A program made the position numbers and the translations under genes. A stretch of 64,000 nucleotides of DNA from a virus (Duplodnaviria > Heunggongvirae > Uroviricota > Caudoviricetes), in IMG/VR virus record IMGVR_UViG_3300027804_000053. One strand, 5' to 3'. Shown here one piece after another: positions 1 to 10,007 of the stretch. The notes under the pieces are model-generated. The model was not told where the DNA came from. It was given only the letters and a program-made list of their open reading frames with translations, and searched no databases. The stretch's first letter is position 1; every line of letters begins with the position of its first letter.

Positions 1-25
1 TTCAGATTTAGTAGATTTCAACACT

Positions 26-259
26 TTGGATGTCTACCCCAATAACGTACAATGGTCTGGTAAATTAATTGATGAGAATATAGATTTTATTTTCTCAATA
101 GGTGAGGATAGTGGAATTTATGTTCAAGGTAACATGATTAAAGTTGACGAAGATTTTATTGATACACTTAATAAACTTCAATCCTTCTTTGAAAAATTCA
201 AATCTAAGTGGGCAAAAATTTTGGCGGGAAGGAAAAAAACTAGAGAACAAAATGTCTAA
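26..259 (+). CDS. hypothetical protein (TTG start in ORF track; frame stays open upstream to the window edge, so it may be 5'-partial)
   Basis: ORF track. No stop codon upstream in frame back to position 2. Confidence 0.3.
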   Translation: MDVYPNNVQWSGKLIDENIDFIFSIGEDSGIYVQGNMIKVDEDFIDTLNKLQSFFEKFKSKWAKILAGRKKTREQNV

Positions 260-614
260 AATTTTAAATCTTTTGAAATCAAACTACAAATTAATCCTCC
301 AAGTCACATTTGGGGTTTTTGTGTTATATTATTTGATATTCTTTTTGACACCTAATGTTAGAATGTCGGCGAGTCAAAAACAACAACTCGACTCTTTGAA
401 TGTTGTAATAAATAAATTACACGAAGATAATTTAAAATTAGAGGATAAAATCTCAGAATTCAATGAGGAAATCAAAGAAGTTGATAACCATATTGGAAAA
501 ATAAAAGGTCAAAAAACCATAGTAAAAGAAATTTACCATGAAAAGATTAGTAGTGTTGACAAGCTTACTGTTCGTGAGCTTGACAGTTTTTTCACAGACA
601 GATACAACAAGTAA
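252..614 (+). CDS. membrane protein with N-terminal TM helix and coiled-coil region
   Basis: ATG at 252 inside ORF 144..614. Hydrophobic stretch LILQVTFGVFVLYYLIFFL followed by a heptad-like K/E-rich segment. Confidence 0.4.
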   Translation: MSKILNLLKSNYKLILQVTFGVFVLYYLIFFLTPNVRMSASQKQQLDSLNVVINKLHEDNLKLEDKISEFNEEIKEVDNHIGKIKGQKTIVKEIYHEKISSVDKLTVRELDSFFTDRYNK

Positions 615-948
615 TATAAAATGTTTCCCAATTCCAGTTGTGAAACAAATTATGAAAGACGTTCTTAGTGGAGACTCGGCAAAAGCACAATTGAAGCTGG
701 TTGAAGAACAACTCATTCAAACTGAAAAAAAGGTTGTTCTGAAAGATAGTGTTATTAATACTCTAAGATTGAAAGAAGAGAATTATAATACAATAATCGG
801 AACGGAAAGACAAAAGTTTGACATAATGGAGAAGTATTCGAAGAAATTAGAATTCGACTTGAAGAAGGAAAAAGTAAAAAATAAATTCAAATCAATTTTG
901 GGAACCGGGGTAATTGCGGTATTAGGTTTCTTTTTAATAACTAAGTAA
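538..948 (+). CDS. hypothetical protein with signal peptide and C-terminal TM anchor
   Basis: N-terminal MKRLVVLTSLLFVSLTVFS is signal-like. C-terminal GTGVIAVLGFFLITK is hydrophobic. Overlaps the upstream gene in another frame. Confidence 0.4.
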   Translation: MKRLVVLTSLLFVSLTVFSQTDTTSNIKCFPIPVVKQIMKDVLSGDSAKAQLKLVEEQLIQTEKKVVLKDSVINTLRLKEENYNTIIGTERQKFDIMEKYSKKLEFDLKKEKVKNKFKSILGTGVIAVLGFFLITK

Positions 949-1193
949 TGGCACTTACAAGTTCAGAAATCAGAGAGATTGAAAGATTAATCCGTAAAGA
1001 GATAAGAGACTTTATGGAAACATCTACAATCAAACAATATGAAGATAAAATTTTGGATAAAGTTCAGAAAGAAATAAAGAGGGGAAAACTCGAAGGAGAG
1101 ATTAAAGAAATCACTGTGAAAATGTTCAGAGAATTTTACCAATTTATGTGGCAAAACAGAAGTTATTGGGAGCCCAGATTAAAAAATGCTTAA
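948..1193 (+). CDS. hypothetical protein
   Basis: ORF track. ATG overlaps the preceding stop (TAATG). Confidence 0.4.
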   Translation: MALTSSEIREIERLIRKEIRDFMETSTIKQYEDKILDKVQKEIKRGKLEGEIKEITVKMFREFYQFMWQNRSYWEPRLKNA

Positions 1194-2328
1194 TATGAAA
1201 AGTAGTAGGAATGAATTTACAAATGCATTGAAATCCAATTTTTCAGCGGCTTTGGGTGGTGCACAAACACAAACTTTGATGCAAGACCTCAACAAGTATT
1301 CCAAAGAAATGAAAGAAGATTTGGAAGGTGGAAAATCGGACAAAAAAACCCTTTTGGACCTTGCAATCAAACATGCAATGAAAGACAAAGTTTTGACCAC
1401 TGGTCATAAAATAAATTCAATCCTTGGAATTTTGAAATCTGAGTTGAAAAAAGGTTTAGAAGTAGAAAAGGAACATACTGATGACGAGGAGATTGCTAGA
1501 GAAATTGCCATGGACCATTTAGCTGAAGACCCTCACTATTATACAAAACTCAAAAAAATGGAAAACAATGAACAGATTATAAGGAAATCCATTAAGAAAG
1601 GAATTGCGGACAAATTAGTAGGAATGAATAAAATGGAAAAACCAATCGGTAAACTTTACTCTATGGGTAAATCTGAGACCAAAGAAAACGTTGGAAACTC
1701 AGCTAAAAGGGAATTTGCAAAAGATTTACAAATGGATAAAGATTATTTGGAATTCAAAAAGAATTCGAAAAGAAAAGAGGGATATAAGGAATTCAACTAC
1801 GGTGTTCCAAATGTAACCGTAGACGACCCATACATAAAGAAAACTAAATACAGTAGACCTGGAAAGGAAGAGGCTACAGAAGCAACAAGTTCTGGTTCAA
1901 GCGGAGCTTATTCGGCACCTCTATTTGGTGGAGACAATCAATTCATCAAAAAAAGTAATAAAGAAACTCCGAAACTTGAAGAGGGTATAGCTGTTGGTGC
2001 CATGGGGTCGGACAAAGTCGAGGCGACTGAAGCAACAAGTTCTAGTTCGGTAGGTGGATACTCTACACCAGCAATGTGGGCAAAGTCTACTAAGAAAAAA
2101 GACTGGGGACCTTCAAGAAAAACTCAGTATAAAGGAGGACAGTTTGTTCAAGTGAAGAAAAAATGCACCAAGTTCCCTTATTGTAATCAAGGAGATATCA
2201 ACGCACTCAAACTTTCCAAAAACGAATCAGTTCAAAAAGCGATTAAAGAAGTTTCAAAAAAACATAATATTAGTGAAGATGTAATTAAAACGATTTTAGA
2301 GTATGAATATTCTAAAATTAAACCATAA
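1186..2328 (+). CDS. hypothetical protein (possible virion component)
   Basis: 380-aa ORF. Internal duplicated EATEATSS(G/S)S..Y(S/T)(A/T)P segment. Confidence 0.5.
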   Translation: MLNMKSSRNEFTNALKSNFSAALGGAQTQTLMQDLNKYSKEMKEDLEGGKSDKKTLLDLAIKHAMKDKVLTTGHKINSILGILKSELKKGLEVEKEHTDDEEIAREIAMDHLAEDPHYYTKLKKMENNEQIIRKSIKKGIADKLVGMNKMEKPIGKLYSMGKSETKENVGNSAKREFAKDLQMDKDYLEFKKNSKRKEGYKEFNYGVPNVTVDDPYIKKTKYSRPGKEEATEATSSGSSGAYSAPLFGGDNQFIKKSNKETPKLEEGIAVGAMGSDKVEATEATSSSSVGGYSTPAMWAKSTKKKDWGPSRKTQYKGGQFVQVKKKCTKFPYCNQGDINALKLSKNESVQKAIKEVSKKHNISEDVIKTILEYEYSKIKP

Positions 2329-2356
2329 AACTAGATATTTATAAAGAAAAAATAGA

Positions 2357-4144
2357 ATGGAAAATTTCGAAAAAAATTTAGACAATATGATTTCGAAGAT
2401 ACTCAAAGAGGAAATCGAAACAAAAAGTAAAACTATATTGGAAAGACTCGAAGAGGGTGGTGAGTGGACTGAGATTGAAGTTGATGAAGCTCTTCATGGT
2501 GGTCAAAAAAAATTAGATAAAAACAAAAACGGTAAAATTGACGCCGAGGACTTCAAACTTTTGAGAAAAAAGAAATCTCATAAGAAAAAGATGGACGAAT
2601 TTTTCTTCGAAGATGAAGCAATAGAAGATGCTGAAGAGGCTTCGCAAAAAGAACCAACGTACGTTGGTAAAGGTTTGGCAGACAACAAAATTAAGGCTGA
2701 TTTAACTAATAAATTATTCGGTTCATTTGATGATGAGCACGGTTGGTTTGACCAAAATGACAGACAGTTCAAAGGGGATTTCGACTTCGATTTCGAAGAA
2801 GAAGAATTCTCTGATTTTGACTCATTGATGTCAAAATACGGTAAACAACAACTTTGGTTTGCACCGGAGAGAAAAGATGCAACTCCGATGGGAGATGGTA
2901 GAAGATTTTTCGATTTATATCAGAAAAAATTCGGTGGTAAACCATTCAGAGTTAGAGTGATGAAAGGTTTAGAGGAAGCTGAAACTGAAGAAGGAAATGC
3001 ATTCTCTGGAGCTTTAGCAGACGCAAAAGAAAAAGGAAAAGATACTTTTGAAGTGGATGGTAAAACATACCAAGTTAGAGAAGCAAGAGACAAGTTTGAC
3101 GGCAGAAAAAGTAAAGTTATTGGAGTATACTCAAACATAGACAAACAAAGAAAAGAAATGGGTGAGAAGTGGGAAGGTGATGTTGAAGTAAAACAAACAG
3201 GTGAATATTCAGGTATGTCAATTGAGGAATTGAATGCCGCAATCAAAAAATTGAAAACTAAAAATGATAAGGCGAAGGACGCTGGAAAAAAAGTACCTCA
3301 AGCTGACAGAACCAAAATGAGTCAACTTTATTTTGCTAAAAGAGCTAAACAAGGATGGAAAGGTAAAGGTAAGGCTGCGGTAAAGGAAAGTTTACAACTG
3401 ACTGAGGAAGAACTTATTGACTTGATTGAGACTATTGTTATGGAACAGAAAGTAAAAGATATTGCAGAAAAAAATAATATTACCAATAAAAAAGCTGAAG
3501 GTTTGAAAAAAACAGAGAAAGTTTTGAAAGCAGATAAGAAAGAAAATGATGATTATGCTAAAGAGGTAGTAAAGAAAATGAAAGAGTATGTAAAAGCAGG
3601 CTCTGTAGGGGAATATAACGAATCACCTGAGAGTTTTCCTCAAAGTAATTACACTATGGGTAAAATGAAAGAAAAAACGATGAAGTATCATCCATCTCAA
3701 GCGGTCGATGAATATATTGAAGCTTTTGCTTTTCCAGGTATGACTAATTTGGTTTATGATGAAATTAAACCTGATGAGAAAAAAATTGAGAAACATTTGA
3801 AGGGCGATAGTACTACAGGAAATGCTGTCAAAGATAAAGACGGAAAAGCTTTAGGTAACGTGGTTCCTAGTGAAGTCGGAGAAAGATTCATGAAGAATTT
3901 CGAGGACAACTTATATGGTGCAGAACAAATGAATGTTTCTTATAAAAGACAACCACAACCAGTTGATGTTGGTGGAACTGATAAAGTGGATGGTTCTTTG
4001 AAGAGTATAAGAAAAGGTTCTACCAAGAAGGCTGAAAAAATCATGAACCAACTTGAGTCTTCTGAAGATAGAAAAGATGAAGTTATAAAAGAAGAGATGA
4101 ATAAGATGATGAATCTCATTACTTACAACAAAAAGACGCAGTAA
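2357..4144 (+). CDS. Lys/Glu-rich protein with one EF-hand-like loop
   Basis: 595-aa ORF. DKNKNGKIDAEDF resembles the Ca-binding loop DxNxxGxIxxxE/D. Highly charged and low complexity. Confidence 0.5.
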   Translation: MENFEKNLDNMISKILKEEIETKSKTILERLEEGGEWTEIEVDEALHGGQKKLDKNKNGKIDAEDFKLLRKKKSHKKKMDEFFFEDEAIEDAEEASQKEPTYVGKGLADNKIKADLTNKLFGSFDDEHGWFDQNDRQFKGDFDFDFEEEEFSDFDSLMSKYGKQQLWFAPERKDATPMGDGRRFFDLYQKKFGGKPFRVRVMKGLEEAETEEGNAFSGALADAKEKGKDTFEVDGKTYQVREARDKFDGRKSKVIGVYSNIDKQRKEMGEKWEGDVEVKQTGEYSGMSIEELNAAIKKLKTKNDKAKDAGKKVPQADRTKMSQLYFAKRAKQGWKGKGKAAVKESLQLTEEELIDLIETIVMEQKVKDIAEKNNITNKKAEGLKKTEKVLKADKKENDDYAKEVVKKMKEYVKAGSVGEYNESPESFPQSNYTMGKMKEKTMKYHPSQAVDEYIEAFAFPGMTNLVYDEIKPDEKKIEKHLKGDSTTGNAVKDKDGKALGNVVPSEVGERFMKNFEDNLYGAEQMNVSYKRQPQPVDVGGTDKVDGSLKSIRKGSTKKAEKIMNQLESSEDRKDEVIKEEMNKMMNLITYNKKTQ

Positions 4145-4183
4145 AAATTCACAAATAGTGTTAAATTATTATATTCTCCATAG

Positions 4184-4651
4184 ATGAACTCTATGGAGAA
4201 TTTTTTTAATTGGGTATCCAAACCTGTTCCTAAGGAAGAGGTTATTGTTTGGTTCAACATTAATAATATAAATTATGAAAAAGTTGAACTTTATGGTGAT
4301 TTTTTTAAATCCTTGAATATGAAAGTCACCGACACATTTTTCGAGGAAGACCACCATGAGACAAGGATAAGCCTTTCTGAAGAAAATAAAAAAGAACATT
4401 TTGAATGGTGTTGGATAAAAACAATCGAAGACTTTTCAAAAGAAAATATTTCCTTCAATTCTGAAGGGGAACATAAAAACTATTTTGAAAAATTTTTTTT
4501 TGATACCTTTTACAATCAAAATCAAAGAAATATTAAAGAAGCCATTCCAAGTTTTTTGGAGGAAGTATTTGACCTAGACAAACCCTGTACTAAATCAGAT
4601 TTAGAAATTATAACAGAAATTTATAAACTGATGGAGAAAAATATTAAGTGA
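4184..4651 (+). CDS. hypothetical protein
   Basis: ORF track, 155 aa. Confidence 0.4.
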   Translation: MNSMENFFNWVSKPVPKEEVIVWFNINNINYEKVELYGDFFKSLNMKVTDTFFEEDHHETRISLSEENKKEHFEWCWIKTIEDFSKENISFNSEGEHKNYFEKFFFDTFYNQNQRNIKEAIPSFLEEVFDLDKPCTKSDLEIITEIYKLMEKNIK

Positions 4652-4729
4652 AAAAACCTTGTTTATATTGACAATACACACGAATTTTTTATTTTTATCC
4701 ACAAATAAACTACACAATATTTTTTAAAA

Positions 4730-4912
4730 ATGGAAACATTAGAAAAAATCAAAGAATTGACTGAACTTCTTTCTGTAGATGCAACAAAATTCTACAAAGG
4801 AAATAAAAGTGCTGGTACAAGAGCTAGAAAATCTGCACAAGAACTGAAAGCACTACTTCAGAAATTCAGAGCAGAAATTTTGGAACACAAAAAAACTGAA
4901 CCTAATGCATAA
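4730..4912 (+). CDS. small histone H1-like DNA-binding protein (Bacteroidota-type)
   Basis: 60 aa. The F-Y-K-G-N-K-S-A-G-T-R-A-R-K ... Q-E-L-K-A-L-L-Q-K-F-R pattern is typical of ~60-aa histone-H1-like proteins of Bacteroidota. Has its own intergenic region upstream. Confidence 0.5.
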   Translation: METLEKIKELTELLSVDATKFYKGNKSAGTRARKSAQELKALLQKFRAEILEHKKTEPNA

Positions 4913-5089
4913 TATAGAATCTGTATATTTTTTTATATTCATATTCTCAATATTAGTATTATCAAATTTCTTAAGCAAATTTTTAAGAGCCCTGTTACTT
5001 ACAAATCCAAAACCATTTGTATTAAGTAACAGGGAACTTATAATTTTATCCTGTTCAATTAGTTACTTAATTACATACTTAAATTTCAA

Positions 5090-5521
5090 ATGAACTTTTA
5101 CCAAAATATTATCCCTTTTGTAGACTATCTATTTTCAATCAGAAAATTAAAAGATTATATAAGTATAGACCTTTTGATACCAAATAAATGGTCAATTCCA
5201 AAAAGTCTTTCAGAGTCTTCTGAAATAGTACCATTCAATTCTGATACACCGGACACCAAGGGAATATCATTTGTTTGCCCGTCTGAAGAGGTAAGTATCA
5301 ATACAACTATCTCAAAAATAGTCAAATTGATTACCCTTAATAAAGAAAAAGAATTGAAAGAAGTTTTATTCAAAGAAACAATAGATACTCTCAAAAAAAC
5401 ATTCGAAAAAAACGACTTAGAGACACTCAAAAGACTTTATTTTGATTTTGAAACTGACATAGAAAATTTTGATGAAAATGGAGAAGACGCCTCAGAACCA
5501 ACGACTCTTGAATTGGCTTGA
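5090..5521 (+). CDS. hypothetical protein
   Basis: ORF track. Overlapped out of frame by ORF 5469..5672. Confidence 0.4.
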   Translation: MNFYQNIIPFVDYLFSIRKLKDYISIDLLIPNKWSIPKSLSESSEIVPFNSDTPDTKGISFVCPSEEVSINTTISKIVKLITLNKEKELKEVLFKETIDTLKKTFEKNDLETLKRLYFDFETDIENFDENGEDASEPTTLELA

Positions 5522-5635
5522 TAAAGAAAAAAAGAAAGACACTCTCAACGTAGAATTTGAGAAAAAGAAATTCATAGAGGAAATTAAAAAATTTAAAAAA
5601 GAGGACCTAATCAAAGTCCCAAAAAAACCTTCAAT

Positions 5636-5887
5636 ATGGCAGAAAATAAAAATAATGATTTGGGGACATTAGAAAAACTTGCACTGATTGCTGAGTCTGT
5701 TCAAACTTTATTCAGAGGGAAAGGGACCATAATTTTCGAATTGGAAAAGGATGAATATGCTCCAGTAATATCACACTTCAGAGAAATAGACAGACATTAC
5801 AAACAATTTTCAATAGAGATTTCGGGAACAGAATTTCATTTTGTTTTAGACGAAAAAAAAGAACCCACAACTACCGAGGGTGAGTAG
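5636..5887 (+). CDS. hypothetical protein
   Basis: ORF track, 83 aa. Same frame as 5090..5521. Confidence 0.35.
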   Translation: MAENKNNDLGTLEKLALIAESVQTLFRGKGTIIFELEKDEYAPVISHFREIDRHYKQFSIEISGTEFHFVLDEKKEPTTTEGE

Positions 5888-6509
5888 TAGATTTTCGGTA
5901 AAGTACTTTCTTATCAAATCCTTTTTCCGATAGTAAATTCAATAAATATTTTTTTTGAGCTGTTGAATTGTCTTTTACAACCAAACAATCCTTTTTGTTA
6001 TTTTTTTGGAAGTGAATGGTGAGACAGTCCAAAAATCTATGGACTTCGCTCTCGTTTTTTAAACTGAAAAGTTTACAGTCATCATCATTTTGTACAACAA
6101 CCTTATTGTTCAAAGAGGAAATCATTTTGAGCCCTGTACCTCTAAGATTTTTTTGAATAAACTCTTGAATGGTAATTTTTTTGTTCTGACCAATATCAAA
6201 AATTTTTTCTTCTTTTCTGTATAAAGAAATCTCTGAAATAGTTTTACCTGAGTTTTCAAGTTTAACCTTTTTACTCCTACCCATTTCATCTGTCAAATAA
6301 ACAGGAATAAGTTTAGTGTGGGAGTTCTCAACAATAGCAATTTCATACTTACAACTTTTACCATTTTCTATAATCACTTCGAATATAACATCATTTGTTT
6401 CTTTTAGGACAGTATCATAAAAGTTCTTTGCATTTTTAAAAGTAACAAATTCCTTTAGAATTTTTTTTGATGTTTTATCCTTGAATAAGACTACGGAATA
6501 ATTTACCAT
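5871..6509 (-). CDS. hypothetical protein
   Basis: 212-aa ORF with ATG verified (cat at 6507-6509). Divergent from the dnaJ-like gene. Confidence 0.5.
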   Translation of the reverse strand: MVNYSVVLFKDKTSKKILKEFVTFKNAKNFYDTVLKETNDVIFEVIIENGKSCKYEIAIVENSHTKLIPVYLTDEMGRSKKVKLENSGKTISEISLYRKEEKIFDIGQNKKITIQEFIQKNLRGTGLKMISSLNNKVVVQNDDDCKLFSLKNESEVHRFLDCLTIHFQKNNKKDCLVVKDNSTAQKKYLLNLLSEKGFDKKVLYRKSTTHPR

Positions 6510-6510
6510 A

Positions 6511-7428
6511 ATGAAAGATTACTATAAAATATTAGAAGTTGAAGAGAATGCGACTGATGATGAAATCAAAAAAAGTTTCAGAAATCTGTCCAAAAGATAT
6601 CATCCCGATTTAAATCCCGAAGGGGCTGAAAAATTTAAAGAAATTAATGAGGCTTATGAGGTTCTTGGGGACCAACAAAAAAGGTCAAACTACAACAATC
6701 AAAAAAACAATCCCTATGGTGGTACACCTTTTGAAGCAATTTTTTCCCAAATGTTTGGGAACAGAGGTCCCAACCAACCAAGAAGAAAGCAAGCACCCGA
6801 TAAGATTGTAAAAGTCAGTGTATCTCCAATTGAGTCATATCGAGGGTCCCAAAAAAATATAATGTATTTTAGAGACACTCACTGTGTCACATGTAACGGT
6901 ACAGGGGGTGACCAAAGAATTTGTAACACCTGTGAGGGTAGTGGGTTCATAATAAAAACTTTTGGAACAGGTTTTATGGTTCAACAAATAAGAACCGCAT
7001 GCCCGTCTTGTCAGGGGAAGGGATACAATCTGATTTCAAGATGTTATGATTGTCAAGGTAGAGGAACAAAATCATCTAAAAATGAAATTTCAATAAATCT
7101 ACCTGTTGGGGTTGATAATGGTCAGTTTGTTAAAATTCCTGACGTGGGAGATTTCAGAAGTGGAGACTATGGAGATTTGATTTTACAAATTGAACTCGAA
7201 CCAAAAGACGGTTTTGAAAAGATTAATAGTGATTTGGTTTACACTTTATATTTGGATTTAAATGGGATAAATTCCGACAAATATAAAATTCCTCATCCTG
7301 ATGGGGAACTTCAAATACCAGCACCCAAATCCTTTGATACATCCAAACCACTAAGATTAAGAGGTAAAGGATATAGTGGGGGGGATATGTATGTGAAATT
7401 ACAAGTAAGGTTCGAAAGAACTAATTAA
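6511..7428 (+). CDS. dnaJ: DnaJ-like co-chaperone (J domain plus CxxCxGxG zinc-finger domain)
   Basis: N-terminal J domain (KDYYKILEV...RYHPDLNP...AYEVL). Four CxxCxGxG repeats follow (CVTCNGTG, CNTCEGSG, CPSCQGKG, CYDCQGRG). Confidence 0.8.
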   Translation: MKDYYKILEVEENATDDEIKKSFRNLSKRYHPDLNPEGAEKFKEINEAYEVLGDQQKRSNYNNQKNNPYGGTPFEAIFSQMFGNRGPNQPRRKQAPDKIVKVSVSPIESYRGSQKNIMYFRDTHCVTCNGTGGDQRICNTCEGSGFIIKTFGTGFMVQQIRTACPSCQGKGYNLISRCYDCQGRGTKSSKNEISINLPVGVDNGQFVKIPDVGDFRSGDYGDLILQIELEPKDGFEKINSDLVYTLYLDLNGINSDKYKIPHPDGELQIPAPKSFDTSKPLRLRGKGYSGGDMYVKLQVRFERTN

Positions 7429-7791
7429 AAAATTCTATCAGAAGTTTTACAACATAGTATATTCCGAAGACAGAGAGGGAAAATAAAAGCATTCCTGAAA
7501 ACAAAATTCTGTTTTTAATAGTCGACATTTTTAATTTCTTACAAGTATTGCATCCTTTTTTTTCCATGATATTTATAAATATGATTTCTGAACAATTAAT
7601 AAGAAGAGTAATTCATCAATTCGTAGAAGAAAAGGAAAAAAAATTCAAAAAACCAAGAAAGTATAGTAAATCCTATTGTAAATCTACCGCATGTTCTGAA
7701 ATGGGTTTTACACAGAAAGCTTCTTGTAGACCTTACAAAAATTGTTACAAATAGATTTGCTTTTTGATTTTTTTTGTGTTATATTTTATTC

Positions 7792-8631
7792 ATGTTAAGT
7801 TATATTGGTGGTAAATCCAAAATAGGTAAGTGGATTGTACCTTATTATCTTGAAGACATGGAAACATATGTCGAAACATTTGGAGGTATGTTTTGGTGTT
7901 ACTTCAATATGGACCTGTCAAAGTTCAAAAATCTTAAAAGAGTTGTTTACAATGATTTCAACCCTTTGAATTACAACTTATTCAGATGTGTTCAAAATCC
8001 TTCTGAACTCCAAAGACACTTAGATAATATTCCTGTGCAAGAATTTGGGGTTTCACCTACCGACCAAATTTATAAGATTAGATTTCAGGAGTTTCAAACA
8101 GAACTATTTTCTTCTGGGCTCACAATAAATTATCCTGATTATACGATTGCTGCAAAGTATGTTTATGTTGTGACACAAGTCTTCAGTGGTAGTAAACCTG
8201 AAACTTCAAGTTTCATTGATTTGAAAGGGAAATACCGTTCTAAATACTTGGCTTTCAGAGACAAACTTTCCAATCCAAAATGGGTTGACCACTTCAGTAA
8301 AATTACCCATGTTGAAAATCTTGATTTCCAACAGGTGATTGAAAAATACGATTCTCCTTCAACTTACATTTATTTAGACCCTCCCTATTGGAAGACTGAA
8401 AATTACTATTCAAATCACGATTTCGATAGAAATGACCATGAAAGACTTGCTCAAACATTGAGTTGTGTACAAGGAAAATTTTCTTTATCATATTACGATT
8501 TTTCTTTATTACACGATTGGTTTCCTGAAAGTAGATATAGATGGGAGAAAAAACAATTTGCTAAAGCTGCTTCTGCAAAAAAAGGTGTAAAACAAAATTT
8601 AGGAGAAGAGCTTTTGATATTAAATTATTAG
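7792..8631 (+). CDS. dam: DNA adenine methyltransferase, Dam family (N6A, D12 class)
   Basis: N-terminal SYIGGK (Dam motif). Catalytic DPPYW (YIYLDPPYWKTE). ATG at 7792 preferred over the TTG at 7774. Confidence 0.75.
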   Translation: MLSYIGGKSKIGKWIVPYYLEDMETYVETFGGMFWCYFNMDLSKFKNLKRVVYNDFNPLNYNLFRCVQNPSELQRHLDNIPVQEFGVSPTDQIYKIRFQEFQTELFSSGLTINYPDYTIAAKYVYVVTQVFSGSKPETSSFIDLKGKYRSKYLAFRDKLSNPKWVDHFSKITHVENLDFQQVIEKYDSPSTYIYLDPPYWKTENYYSNHDFDRNDHERLAQTLSCVQGKFSLSYYDFSLLHDWFPESRYRWEKKQFAKAASAKKGVKQNLGEELLILNY

Positions 8632-8674
8632 TTATTTTTGTTGTTCCATTATATTTATTATTAAATTGTTTTCA

Positions 8675-9997
8675 ATGAAATTCACATCGTTGTTGAAAAA
8701 ACTTATTGTTGAGGCATCGGCTTATGAAATAAAGTTGGTGCAAAACACAAAACCTATTGTTGCTAAAGATGGCAAGAAGAAAAAACCAAAAATGAGTAAA
8801 GAGGTTTTTGACCTACTTGTTCAAGCTGACCCAACAACTCGTCTCAACGATGTAGATTTACAAACCACCGATGAAAAAGAATTAGGTAAAGTGAAAGCTG
8901 GTAAATATGTAGATTGGATTATACAATCTTATTTGAAAGTTCCAACAGAGGTACAATCAGACCATCCTAATTATGAAAAAGAGTTGAAGGTTATGAGGGA
9001 GAGGTTTTTGGAAGACCTCTATAAAGTTACTGACGACCTGAAGAAATTTGATAGATTTAAAGGAAGATTACCATTAGAACAAAGACAAATACAAAATCTC
9101 ACGCCTGAACAGTTATATCATGCGGTTAAGGATTTTGACCTCACAATGGCCACCACGTCCAAAGCAGAAAGAAAATCTACACCGGTTCACCCTGGAGGTA
9201 AACTTATTTTCGACTCACCCAATTTGAGAGTTATTGAGATTAAAGATAAAGGAGCCACAGGTAAGGAAGCTGCTTGTTTCTATGGTGGAAACAATAAGGA
9301 GACTAGATGGTGTACATCCGCACCTGGTCTTAGTCACTTTGATTATTACATTGTTAAGGGACCGTTATACGTTATATTTGACCCTAATGACCCAAATGTA
9401 GCACCAACTACCGGTTTACCTGTTGAGAGATATCAGTTGAACTTTGAGACTGATTCTTACATGGACAGACACGACTCTAGAATTGATATCATTGAAAAAC
9501 TTAATGGACCTTGGAAAGAATTGAAACCATTATTCAAATCCAAATTTGCTAAAGGTCTTACTGAAGCTGGAGGAACAACACTCAGAATTAACGGATTCAG
9601 TAGTGGTAATGTTGGAAAATTTGTTGCCCTTTATGGTCTTGAAGAACTTATCAATTCACAACCTGATACTTTAGAAGAGTTACAAATCAGAAATAACGAG
9701 AAAAATGGAATGACTATCGAAATTCCAAGTTCAATAAAAAGATTCAAAAATCTTCAATTGATTTTATTTGATAATTGTATTGAAACTATACCTGATGCCA
9801 TTTGTGAATTGGATAATTTAAATTTCCTTTCATTGATGAACAACCCTAAATTGAAAACTGTTCCTGAGTGTATTGCGGATATGCCGAATTTGATGTTCCT
9901 TAATACGAAAGGAAGTGAAAACCTTGTAATTCCTGAAAAAATTAGGAACAGGGCTAAATCGAAATTGGGTAATTATATGTTAGATTTCCAACCTTAA
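8675..9997 (+). CDS. protein with conserved C-x-YGG-x-WCTS domain and C-terminal leucine-rich repeats
   Basis: ATG at 8675. Central ACFYGGNNKETRWCTSAPG motif is shared with ORF 26270. C-terminus has LRR-like LxxLxxLxLxxN units (LQLILFDNCIETIPDAICELDNLNFLSLMNNPKLKTVP). Confidence 0.5.
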   Translation: MKFTSLLKKLIVEASAYEIKLVQNTKPIVAKDGKKKKPKMSKEVFDLLVQADPTTRLNDVDLQTTDEKELGKVKAGKYVDWIIQSYLKVPTEVQSDHPNYEKELKVMRERFLEDLYKVTDDLKKFDRFKGRLPLEQRQIQNLTPEQLYHAVKDFDLTMATTSKAERKSTPVHPGGKLIFDSPNLRVIEIKDKGATGKEAACFYGGNNKETRWCTSAPGLSHFDYYIVKGPLYVIFDPNDPNVAPTTGLPVERYQLNFETDSYMDRHDSRIDIIEKLNGPWKELKPLFKSKFAKGLTEAGGTTLRINGFSSGNVGKFVALYGLEELINSQPDTLEELQIRNNEKNGMTIEIPSSIKRFKNLQLILFDNCIETIPDAICELDNLNFLSLMNNPKLKTVPECIADMPNLMFLNTKGSENLVIPEKIRNRAKSKLGNYMLDFQP

Positions 9998-10007
9998 AAT
10001 TTAACCT

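Noticed and set aside
144-259. Upstream portion of ORF 144..614 (N-terminal 36 aa before the internal ATG at 252).
   Set aside because: It overlaps ORF 26..259 in another frame. The segment after ATG 252 begins with a typical TM helix. The shorter start is preferred.
2578-3246. Antisense ORFs 2578..2772 and 2920..3246 within the Lys/Glu-rich gene.
   Set aside because: They arise from the complement of GAA/AAG-rich codons (Phe/Ser/Leu-rich translations). The sense ORF is 595 aa and continuous.
5155-5430. Minus-strand ORF inside 5090..5521.
   Set aside because: Antisense to a longer ORF. No independent support.
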